Assembly (NCBI GenBank): GCA_934133195.1
Contig: CAKPAZ010000001.1
Coordinates: 17,267-81,266, forward strand
Source of the DNA: an uncultured Bacilli bacterium
Lineage (GTDB): Bacteria; Bacillota_I; Bacilli_A; ML615J-28; CAG-313
Direction of reading: 5' to 3'
Length of the DNA stretch: 64,000 bases
The notes below the pieces were generated by a model. That model was not told where the DNA came from and did not search any database. It saw only the letters and a program-made list of their open reading frames with translations. This document shows positions 40,254 through 48,555 of the stretch, piece by piece. Position numbers and translations under genes: made by a program. Positions within the stretch are counted from its first letter, which is position 1. Every line of letters begins with the position of its first letter.

Positions 40254-41141
40254 TTAAATACCATTCGGATTTTTTTCACTTTTAAAAAGAAAAGGAATAA
40301 CGCCAATCGCTAGAAACGCAATCAAACCATAGATAAGAATTGTAATAACTGGAATATGACTGATGGAATCAGGGATAAGTTGAGTTATCACAAAGGCAAT
40401 TCCTACAAAGAAAATACCAACTAAGGTTCTAATAACCTTCTTCAAAGGCGTAATATCAGTAGTAAATTTAATACATTTGTTCTCTACAAAGGCTCCTAAA
40501 CAAAAGCCAATAAGTAAACCATAACCTCTAATGAAGTCGTGTTCAGCATTTTTAAAGAACATAAACGGTAAAAATAGAATTGAAGTAATTAGATATATTA
40601 GGAACTTTTTTTGAGGAAATTTATTAAGTAGGAAAAAGGAAAGAAAAGTAATACCAAGACCAAGTAAGAGTCCAACCACAACATCATGAGGAAAATGAAC
40701 CCCCAAATAAAGCCTTGAAATAGGAATTAAAACCATTAAAACAATACAAACGATTCTAACCCACTTCTTCTGAAAGCTAAGAATGATACTACCATATAGG
40801 GAACCTGCAATCTGACTATGTCCACTAGGAAATGAGGATCCGGTAGCACTGTCTGATAATTTACTATTTTTGAATTTCTGTAAATGCTCTTTACCTTCAT
40901 ACATAAAAGGACGTTTAGAATTTACAAAACTCTTAATTAAGCCATTGAAACAAACCGATGTAAGAATGGCATAGCCGATTTTTTCACCTTTTTCTTTGTC
41001 GAAGCACCAATAAATAATTCCAAGTATCGCAATTAAAAAGACACTTCCACCGAGTTGACTGATTATATAAAAGAAAACATCAAAGAATTTGTTACCAATT
41101 TTATAAAACCATTCTAATATACTAAATTCAAATTCTAACAT
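40254..41141 (-). CDS. PAP2-family membrane phosphatase
   Basis: KSFVNSKRP, PSGHS and SRLYLGVHFPHD, the three PAP2 signature blocks. Multiple TM helices. Confidence 0.85.
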   Translation of the reverse strand: MLEFEFSILEWFYKIGNKFFDVFFYIISQLGGSVFLIAILGIIYWCFDKEKGEKIGYAILTSVCFNGLIKSFVNSKRPFMYEGKEHLQKFKNSKLSDSATGSSFPSGHSQIAGSLYGSIILSFQKKWVRIVCIVLMVLIPISRLYLGVHFPHDVVVGLLLGLGITFLSFFLLNKFPQKKFLIYLITSILFLPFMFFKNAEHDFIRGYGLLIGFCLGAFVENKCIKFTTDITPLKKVIRTLVGIFFVGIAFVITQLIPDSISHIPVITILIYGLIAFLAIGVIPFLFKSEKNPNGI

Positions 41142-41149
41142 AAACTAAA

Positions 41150-41923
41150 TTAACTATAAACGCGAACGTTTCTTGTTTGCTCCTTCTTTAAGACTTTACT
41201 AGCTTTAGCAAGTTCATATAAAGTTTTAACTTCATGAATTGTTAAACTACGTACTTCACCTTCTTTTAGATCATCAATCTTAATATTACCAAATCTAACA
41301 CGGGTAAGTCTTTTTACTTCATGACCTATCGCATTAAACATTTCTTTTACTTGATGATATAAACCTTCAGTAATGGTAATACGAACTAAACTTGAGTTGT
41401 TCTTTCGATCTAAACTTTCGATTTCTGCGAGTGCAGGAAGGGTCATACGACCATTAAGTTTAACACCTTTTTCTAGTTTTGTCAAATCCGCTGAAGTCAT
41501 AATACCTTTAACTCTAACTAAATATTCTTTTTGAATACCACTGCTTGGGCCTACCATTTGATTCATAAAGTCGCCATCATTAGTTAGAAGGATAACGCCT
41601 TTTGTATCATAATCAAGACGACCAACTGGAAACAAATGATCATCTTTTAAATCTGATGGTATACAATCAATAACGGTTGTTCTTCCATGTTCATCACTAC
41701 ATGAAGAGATAACCCCACGTGGTTTATTTAATGCATAATATTTTTTTTGTAGTCTTACTAAAACTACATCATCAACAGTTACTTCATCTCTTGGTCCAAC
41801 CTTATAACCAAGGGTATTTACAACCTCACCATTTACTTTAATTCGTCCCTCTAAGATCAATTCTTCTGCTTTGCGGCGGGAGGTAATACCACTAGCAGCG
41901 ATGCGCTTTTGTATTCTTTCCAT
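41150..41923 (-). CDS. rluB: 23S rRNA pseudouridine synthase RluB (RsuA family)
   Basis: S4 domain RIQKRIAASGITSRRKAEELI and catalytic GRLDYDTKG. GGAGGA RBS precedes the ATG at 41923. Confidence 0.85.
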   Translation of the reverse strand: MERIQKRIAASGITSRRKAEELILEGRIKVNGEVVNTLGYKVGPRDEVTVDDVVLVRLQKKYYALNKPRGVISSCSDEHGRTTVIDCIPSDLKDDHLFPVGRLDYDTKGVILLTNDGDFMNQMVGPSSGIQKEYLVRVKGIMTSADLTKLEKGVKLNGRMTLPALAEIESLDRKNNSSLVRITITEGLYHQVKEMFNAIGHEVKRLTRVRFGNIKIDDLKEGEVRSLTIHEVKTLYELAKASKVLKKEQTRNVRVYS

Positions 41924-41959
41924 TATTTCCTCCAAAAAATTCCCAATTTTGTTAAGTAT

Positions 41960-41988
41960 ATTATACCAAAATCGTCATTTTTTTGCAA
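41960..41988 (-). promoter_or_regulatory. SigA-type promoter of rluB
   Basis: Minus strand TTGCAA, 17 nt spacer, TATAAT with a TG extended -10. Confidence 0.5.
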
Positions 41989-42165
41989 TCAAAATAATCA
42001 CATATTTTTACAAAATTCGCTTTCTTTTTAAATTTTCAAGTTTAAGCCCCAAATTGCATGTTTAATCAAAAGATAAAAACCTTAATTAATAACTATTTGT
42101 ATTATAAAAAAGCAAAAATTCATCCATTTTTCTCATCAAAAAGCCATTCTTAAAACGTCTAAAAT

Positions 42166-42224
42166 AGCGTTTCAAAGGTAATTATTAACCTTTTTTTCAT
42201 CTCAAACGCTCTAAGAAAGGTTTA
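42166..42224 (-). repeat. Dispersed repeat copy c2 (long form with hairpin)
   Basis: Minus strand TAAACCTTTCTTAGAGCGTTTGAGATGAAAAAAAGGTTAATAATTACCTTTGAAACGC. Outer stem GCGTTT/AAACGC, inner stem AAAGGT/ACCTTT. Confidence 0.7.
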
Positions 42225-42272
42225 ATCAAACAAATACTTTAAACATTAAACTAATGATTTTTATGAATTTCT

Positions 42273-42308
42273 AAAAAAAAAAGAGTAGAAAAATTAAATT
42301 TTCTACTC
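42273..42308 (-). terminator. Rho-independent terminator of the AAA ATPase gene
   Basis: Minus strand GAGTAGAAaatttaatttTTCTACTC followed by a 10-nt T run. Confidence 0.7.
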
Positions 42309-42309
42309 A

Positions 42310-43626
42310 TTAATTGATTAACCAATCTATTAAATTTATACATTTAATTCCCTTATAGGAAACAAAATCATTTTGATCAAGGGTTAGAATTATCTTTTCA
42401 TAGTTATCATCAATCTTCATTAAAGGAGTTAATTCTCTTTTTCTGACATCATCATTTGTCATGCTTTCAGTTACTTGAAAATAGATTTTTTCATCTTGTT
42501 TTGTCGCAATAAAATCAATTTCTAAATTATCTATTTTTCCAATTGAAACATCATAACCTCTTTTTAACAATTCAAAATAAACGATATTTTCAAGAATATG
42601 ACCTCTGTCAATGTCTCTAAATCCCAATAAATAATTTCTTAAACCGATATCTACAATATAGTATTTTCCAAGAGTTCTTAGGTATTCTTTACCCTTTATG
42701 TCAAAGCGTTTAATATCATAAAAGAAATAACTTTCAAGTAAAGCTTCAACATATGCTTGGACAGTATGCGCACTTGGTGATTTCTTACGATTGTTTTCTT
42801 CTAACAAACCTTCATTTACTAAGACATTACCGATGTTGGAAATGGAGATATTATTTCCAATATTATCAGCGAGGAATAAAACAATTTTTCTTAACAAGAA
42901 TGAATCAGTGATTCGTTGTTGTCCTCTTCTTTTTTCTTTTTCTAAAATATCTCGAACAATTACGGTTGAGTAGACTCCATCTAATAAAGTAAAGGCTTTT
43001 TCTTGTTCAAGTCCAACCTCAGAAATACCAGGCATACCACCAAATCGAAGGTAAGCATTAAATATATCTTCAATATTATATTGTAGGTTATTTTTATCAT
43101 AAACAACCTTCCTTTTCTTATTTAAAGCATCAGTAAGTTCTTTGATTTTAAACTCATGAAACTCTAAAAATTCTTCAAATGATAGAGGTAGCATCTTGAT
43201 TTCTACGCATCTGCCTGATAGATAAGTTGAGTATTCCGATGATAATAAGTATGCATTTGAACCAGTAATATAAATATCACAATCAAAGTCTACACGAAAT
43301 GAATTTACAGCATCCTCCCAAGAATCAATGCGTTGTAATTCATCAAAAAACATATACATTTTTTTATGAGGAATAATCTTATTTTTAACATAATGATATA
43401 GTTCATCAACATTCATTTTTCTAAAATCATAGGATTCAAAATTAATATTAATTATTTGTTCTTCATTAATTCCTTGTTCTAAAAGATATTGAATCATTAG
43501 TTTCAATAAACTTGACTTACCACATCTACGGATACCGGTAATTACCTTGATTGGTTCGGTATCTTTAAATCCGATTAATTTGTTAAGGTAAATATCTCTT
43601 TTTTTAAGTTTTTGGGCTGTTATCAT
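42310..43626 (-). CDS. AAA-type ATPase (AAA_14 + DUF4143-like architecture)
   Basis: Walker A GIRRCGKSS, Walker B MYMFFDELQ. The C-terminal half resembles the DUF4143 region of this widespread ATPase family. GGAGG RBS precedes the ATG at 43626. Confidence 0.7.
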   Translation of the reverse strand: MITAQKLKKRDIYLNKLIGFKDTEPIKVITGIRRCGKSSLLKLMIQYLLEQGINEEQIININFESYDFRKMNVDELYHYVKNKIIPHKKMYMFFDELQRIDSWEDAVNSFRVDFDCDIYITGSNAYLLSSEYSTYLSGRCVEIKMLPLSFEEFLEFHEFKIKELTDALNKKRKVVYDKNNLQYNIEDIFNAYLRFGGMPGISEVGLEQEKAFTLLDGVYSTVIVRDILEKEKRRGQQRITDSFLLRKIVLFLADNIGNNISISNIGNVLVNEGLLEENNRKKSPSAHTVQAYVEALLESYFFYDIKRFDIKGKEYLRTLGKYYIVDIGLRNYLLGFRDIDRGHILENIVYFELLKRGYDVSIGKIDNLEIDFIATKQDEKIYFQVTESMTNDDVRKRELTPLMKIDDNYEKIILTLDQNDFVSYKGIKCINLIDWLIN

Positions 43627-43673
43627 AGTCTTAACCTCCAAAAATATTATACTACATTCTTTAAAAATAATCT

Positions 43674-43740
43674 AAGTTTTTGCACTCAACTGCAGAAACT
43701 TTTTATTTTTGAAAGTTTTTGCAGTAAAATGCAATAACTT
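43674..43740. promoter_or_regulatory. Two tandem 28-bp palindromes upstream of the AAA ATPase gene
   Basis: 43674..43701 AAGTTTTTGCACTCAACTGCAGAAACTT and 43713..43740 AAGTTTTTGCAGTAAAATGCAATAACTT. Each has 11/14 arm symmetry; centres are 39 bp apart. Confidence 0.6.
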
Positions 43741-43771
43741 TACTATTTCATTAATATTATTTACCTAAAAA

Positions 43772-44269
43772 TTAACCTTTATAAAACAAATAACAGAAGA
43801 AAAAAACAAAAAGAAAAGTTAAAACATCATTTAATAAACCAATCTTTAATGAATTACCAATATTATTTAACTTTATACTACCAAAATATAAAGCAATAAC
43901 ATAGATCGTTGTATCGTTACATCCTTGAATAATTGATGAAATCTTCGCTGTAACAGAATCAACCCCATAATTTTCAAAGATTTTAACCATCATTACCATG
44001 GCACTACTACTAGAAATTGGTCTTAAAAAAGCTTGGAAAAACAACTCTGGCTTAAGGACTTTAGTTGGAATAATTGATGAAATAATATCAATAATTCCAC
44101 TATTTACAAAGACGTTTATCGCAACAATTAAGATAAAAATAGTTGGAAAAATATTAAGAATTGTCTTATAGTTATTTTCAATTCCTCTGGAAAAAGAATC
44201 AAACGCATTAACCTTTTTAATGATACCATAGATTACAATAAATAAAATATAAAAAACTACAACTTTCAT
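43772..44269 (-). CDS. spmB: Spore maturation protein B
   Basis: Nucleoside-transporter/FeoB-C-like membrane protein. The third gene of dacB-spmA-spmB, as in Bacillus. Confidence 0.8.
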   Translation of the reverse strand: MKVVVFYILFIVIYGIIKKVNAFDSFSRGIENNYKTILNIFPTIFILIVAINVFVNSGIIDIISSIIPTKVLKPELFFQAFLRPISSSSAMVMMVKIFENYGVDSVTAKISSIIQGCNDTTIYVIALYFGSIKLNNIGNSLKIGLLNDVLTFLFVFFFCYLFYKG

Positions 44270-44862
44270 TTCTTAGCTCTTCTTTTTTCAACCACATAAA
44301 ATAAACGATCAAGGAGAATGGCCATTGTCGCTGAAACTGTCGTACCAACAATCATCAAGGCAAGGAGTGATGGTTCATTAGTTCCATGATACATCGCTCT
44401 AATTCCTAAAATGGTAGTTGGAAAAAGGGTTAAGGAACTAACATTCATTAGAATAAAAGTAATCATACTTCTTGATGGTTTATCTTTATTTTCGTTCTTC
44501 TTTTGAAGTTCACTGAAAGCTTTAAGTCCTAGTGGGGTTGCGGCTGAACCTAGACCAAGTAAGTTAGCAATGATGTTTGAAGCGATATATTCTAAAGCAA
44601 TGTCATCAATAGTAAGTTCAGGATAAAGTTTTAATAGGGGCTTTTTAAAGATTCTTGTAAGGTTTTTGATTAGCCCACTTTCAATCGCAATATTAAATAT
44701 TCCACCCCAAAAAAGGATCACCAAAGCTACATTAAAAAAGATTTGAAAAGCATCATTTGCACTATTCATAATGATTTTTCCCATTGAATCTATGTTTCCT
44801 GTAAAGACACTAACAATGATACCAACGATTAAGAGAACGTTCCAAATACGATTAATCATCAC
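44266..44862 (-). CDS. spmA: Spore maturation protein A
   Basis: Membrane protein of about 198 aa, overlaps the spmB start, follows dacB. Confidence 0.8.
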   Translation of the reverse strand: MMINRIWNVLLIVGIIVSVFTGNIDSMGKIIMNSANDAFQIFFNVALVILFWGGIFNIAIESGLIKNLTRIFKKPLLKLYPELTIDDIALEYIASNIIANLLGLGSAATPLGLKAFSELQKKNENKDKPSRSMITFILMNVSSLTLFPTTILGIRAMYHGTNEPSLLALMIVGTTVSATMAILLDRLFYVVEKRRAKK

Positions 44863-45775
44863 TTTTACCTCTCAAACGCTCTGAGAAAGGTTGTATTTGA
44901 AAATTACTTAGTAATTTAAAGTAACTATTTTCTTCTTCTAAATATAGTTTTTCAAAGGATTCATGGATTTTCCAATCATTGTAAGCATCTAAGGTAACGA
45001 CGATAATTCCTTTATTGTCCTTTTCAAAATAACTAACCAACGTTCTTCCCGCATGTTTAGTATAACCCGTTTTACCACCTCTGATATATTCATTATAATG
45101 AAGCATACGGTGTTTATGTCTTAAATAAAACTTCTTATCTCCTTCGGTTATTACTTTATTTTTACAGCCAAAAAACTCTAAAAAGTTTTTATTACTTAAA
45201 GCATACTTTGTTATTAAGGCCATATCATATGCACAGGTATAGTTGTTAGTCGTATCATCAAGTCCAGTCGCATTATAAAACTTGGAATACTTCATTCCGG
45301 CTTTTTTACCTACTTCATTCATCTTTTCAATAAAGTCAGTTGTACCATTTCCATACCCCTTAACTAGACTATTTCCCGCGTCATTTCCGGATACCATCAT
45401 TAACCCATATAATAAGGTAGCAATACTTACCATATTTCCTTCTTCTAGATACATTTTTGATCCTTCAACATTAATCATATCATGTGTTATCAATAAATAA
45501 TCATCTAGATTATAAACTTCAAGAGCGGTAATACAAGTTAATATCTTAGTAATCGAGGCTGGCAACATTATTTGATAGGCATTCTTTTCATATAAGATTT
45601 CTCCACTTTTTTCATCAATTACGATACAAGCTTTACTACTTACTTCAAAATCAATTGGTTTTTTGTTAATCGTTACTAGATCTCTAGCACTAATATAACT
45701 TTTAACTTTAATAATCGCAATAATAACTATGACATATAATACATATCCAAGTAGTTTTAATAGTTTCTTTCTCAT
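44852..45775 (-). CDS. dacB: D-alanyl-D-alanine carboxypeptidase (S11), sporulation-type DacB
   Basis: SITK, SGND and KTG motifs with an N-terminal TM helix. GGTGA RBS precedes the Met at 45775. Confidence 0.85.
   Translation of the reverse strand: MRKKLLKLLGYVLYVIVIIAIIKVKSYISARDLVTINKKPIDFEVSSKACIVIDEKSGEILYEKNAYQIMLPASITKILTCITALEVYNLDDYLLITHDMINVEGSKMYLEEGNMVSIATLLYGLMMVSGNDAGNSLVKGYGNGTTDFIEKMNEVGKKAGMKYSKFYNATGLDDTTNNYTCAYDMALITKYALSNKNFLEFFGCKNKVITEGDKKFYLRHKHRMLHYNEYIRGGKTGYTKHAGRTLVSYFEKDNKGIIVVTLDAYNDWKIHESFEKLYLEEENSYFKLLSNFQIQPFSERLRGKSDD
44872..44894 (-). repeat. Dispersed repeat copy c3 (inside the dacB 3' end)
   Basis: Minus strand ACAACCTTTCTCAGAGCGTTTGA, continuing GAGGT, which is the spmA RBS. 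Confidence 0.75.
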
Positions 45776-45811
45776 GTTTTTCACCATTACATTATATTCA
45801 CGACTATTAAA

Positions 45812-45842
45812 AAAAATAAATAAACCCCAAAAAATTGAGGTT
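45812..45842 (-). terminator. Rho-independent terminator after miaA (coordinates +/- 1)
   Basis: Minus strand AAACCTCaattttttGGGGTTT, followed by ATTTATTTTTTTT. Confidence 0.5.
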
Positions 45843-46738
45843 TATTTCCATTTATTTTTAACTATTTCATACACTTCATTAATGGTTTCATCAAAATTTT
45901 GACGATTAATCTTGATATGAATGACATTATCTTTATTACGATACCAAGTAAACTGACGCTTTGCGAAATGACGAGTATTCTTCTTTATATTATCAATGGC
46001 TTCATCTAAGGTAATTTCATTATTTAAATAAGGTAATAACTCTTTTAAGCCAATTGCTCCTTTTGCAGTTTTACTTAAAGTAAAATGATCATTTAAGTAT
46101 TTTACTTCTTCGACTAATCCATTTTGAACCATTTCATCTACTCTTTTATTGATGGTTTCATATAGGCTTTCTCTTTCATCTTCAAGGAAAAAGACTAAAG
46201 CGTCATAGACTAATTTATTATTAAATGAATTAACAGTTCCTGTTGTTTTAGATAGTTCAATTGCTCTAATTACTCTTTTACGATTGTTCATATGAATCTT
46301 TAGAGCAGCCTCAGGATTTAGGTTTTCTAACATCTTGTGAAGTTCTTCGTTTGAATATTCATCATACATCGACTCATCTTCTCTACTTGAGTCTTCTGGA
46401 AATTGATAATCATAGATAACGCTATCTAAATATAATCCACTACCACCAACAATGATGGGGATGATACCTTTTGTATTTAAGGTATCAACTAAGGTTCTTA
46501 CTTTTTTTTGATATTCGGCTACAGAAAATTCTTTACTTGGTTCTAAGATATCAAACATGTAGTGAGTAATTCCCTTTTTTTCTTCTTCTTTGATTTTCGC
46601 TGTAAGAATATTCATGTGTTTATAAACTTGGAAAGCATCACCATTTATTATTTTTGTATGTAGTTTTTCAGCAAGCTTAACCGAAAGCTTTGTTTTACCC
46701 ACTCCTGTAGGTCCGGCAATAATAATTACTCTATTCAT
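45842..46738 (-). CDS. miaA: tRNA dimethylallyltransferase
   Basis: IIIAGPTGVGKT P-loop, GGSGLY. mutS-mutL-miaA order. Confidence 0.95.
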   Translation of the reverse strand: MNRVIIIAGPTGVGKTKLSVKLAEKLHTKIINGDAFQVYKHMNILTAKIKEEEKKGITHYMFDILEPSKEFSVAEYQKKVRTLVDTLNTKGIIPIIVGGSGLYLDSVIYDYQFPEDSSREDESMYDEYSNEELHKMLENLNPEAALKIHMNNRKRVIRAIELSKTTGTVNSFNNKLVYDALVFFLEDERESLYETINKRVDEMVQNGLVEEVKYLNDHFTLSKTAKGAIGLKELLPYLNNEITLDEAIDNIKKNTRHFAKRQFTWYRNKDNVIHIKINRQNFDETINEVYEIVKNKWK

Positions 46739-48555
46739 TACATTACTCGCTTAAACATTTTTTCAATTTCATATTCGGTAAACTTGATAATAGTAGGTCT
46801 ACCATGAGGACATGTATAAGGAAAATTACATTCATCAAGTTTTTTCATTAAGGCTTGAACTTCAAGTTCGGTAATACTCATGTTACCTTTAATTGATTTT
46901 TTACAGCTTAACGTTTTAGCAAGACTATCAAACATTACTCCTTTATTGACATTACGATTAGTAATAATATGATTTATAATGTCACGTAAAAATTCCACAC
47001 AATAGTCTTTTGGAATCCAAGCAGGAACAACTCTAACAATAATGGTTGTTGGTCCAAATTCTTCAAGTTCAATCCCAAGTCTTGTTATTTCATCCTTCTT
47101 TTCTAGGATTAGAGGAATCGATGAGATATTATATTCAAGTTTAATCGGAACAAGGAGTTCATAGGTATTGTTTGATGGAGTTGAAAGTTCTTTACTAATC
47201 TTTTCATACATAAACCTTTCCATTGCGGCATGTTGATCAATTAAGTATAAGTCTTTTTGATATTCCATTAGTAAATATGTTTTTGCATATTGGCCAATGT
47301 AGGTAAAATGTTGAAAGAAAACTTTATCATTTTCTTTAAAGATTGGGACTTCTCGATAAGTAACTTTAGGTTCTTCTTTGATGATTTCAACAGGTGATTC
47401 TTCACTTTCTTCTTCATTTTCCGTTGTTGGCTTAGCTTCATCAAACATTTCCCACAACGATTCAGTGGGTATTTCATCAACTTTTTTGGTTTCAAACGCT
47501 GTAATTGGGGTTACATTTTGTGGAATGTTGTCATCGTTTGTCTCAAGTTCATTAATAATCATTTCTTTTTTTATAAGATTTGTATAGATAGTTCTTGTAA
47601 TTAATGACTTTAAACTAGCCTCATCAGTAAACCTAATTTCAAGTTTTGAGGGGTGAACATTAACATCAACAAGGGATGGATCACATGATATACTTAAGAC
47701 CGTAACTGGATATTTACCAATTGGAAGAATAGTTTTATAAGCATCAGTAATCGCATATACTAAACTCATATTTCTAATGATTCTTCCATTAACAATCAAA
47801 TTAATACTATTTCGGTTTGATCTATTGATGGTATTATTTGTTGTCATACCTTCGATTTCATATAGTTCATTCTTATTATTAAAATGAACTAAGTTTTTAG
47901 CAACCATACTTCCATAAGTCTCATTGATGATAGATTCAATATTCCCATCACCATTTGTTTGAATTAAGGTTTTTCCATTATTAACTAAAGTAAATGATAC
48001 ATCACTTCTCGCAAGGGCCATACGGTTAATAAAAGCCGTTACATGTGATAATTCTTGAGGAATACTTGATAGATGTTTAAATCTAGCAGGGGTATTATAG
48101 AATAAATCAGCTACCTCAATTTTGGTACCAACATTCATTGGGGAAGGATTTTTTTCAATTAATTTTCCTCCCTCGTAGTAGTAGTAATAACCATCTAGAG
48201 AGTTAGTACTTGAGGTAATCGTAAATTTAGATACTGCTGAAATGGAAGGTAGGGCCTCACCTCTAAATCCTAAAGAGGTAATATAAAATAAGTCATCACT
48301 GGTTTTAATTTTACTTGTTGCATGTCTTTTTAAAGCAACAGGAATTTCATCTTGAGTCATACCATAGCCATTATCAGTTACAATGATTTTCTTTAAACCA
48401 CCATCGATTAATTCAACCTTAATCTTTGTAGCACTTGCGTCTAGGCTATTTTCAACTAATTCTTTGACAACACTTGATGGACGTTCTACTACTTCTCCGG
48501 CTGATATTTTATTTCTTAAATCTTCAGATAATTCAATAATTGGTTGTTTATTCAT
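46738..48555 (-). CDS. mutL: DNA mismatch repair protein MutL
   Basis: GHKL N-terminus ISAGEVVERPSSVVKELVENSLDA. C-terminal endonuclease motif is DQHAAMERFMYE-like. Confidence 0.95.
   Translation of the reverse strand: MNKQPIIELSEDLRNKISAGEVVERPSSVVKELVENSLDASATKIKVELIDGGLKKIIVTDNGYGMTQDEIPVALKRHATSKIKTSDDLFYITSLGFRGEALPSISAVSKFTITSSTNSLDGYYYYYEGGKLIEKNPSPMNVGTKIEVADLFYNTPARFKHLSSIPQELSHVTAFINRMALARSDVSFTLVNNGKTLIQTNGDGNIESIINETYGSMVAKNLVHFNNKNELYEIEGMTTNNTINRSNRNSINLIVNGRIIRNMSLVYAITDAYKTILPIGKYPVTVLSISCDPSLVDVNVHPSKLEIRFTDEASLKSLITRTIYTNLIKKEMIINELETNDDNIPQNVTPITAFETKKVDEIPTESLWEMFDEAKPTTENEEESEESPVEIIKEEPKVTYREVPIFKENDKVFFQHFTYIGQYAKTYLLMEYQKDLYLIDQHAAMERFMYEKISKELSTPSNNTYELLVPIKLEYNISSIPLILEKKDEITRLGIELEEFGPTTIIVRVVPAWIPKDYCVEFLRDIINHIITNRNVNKGVMFDSLAKTLSCKKSIKGNMSITELEVQALMKKLDECNFPYTCPHGRPTIIKFTEYEIEKMFKRVM

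Noticed and set aside
45719-46681. An apparent 1-nt register slip between my manual base indexing and the ORF-track frames of dacB and miaA: an extra A near 45719-45721 and a missing A near 46679-46680
   Set aside because: The ORF track gives uninterrupted full-length DacB and MiaA, so I treat this as my counting error rather than real frameshifts. My own coordinates inside this interval, such as the miaA terminator, may be off by 1.
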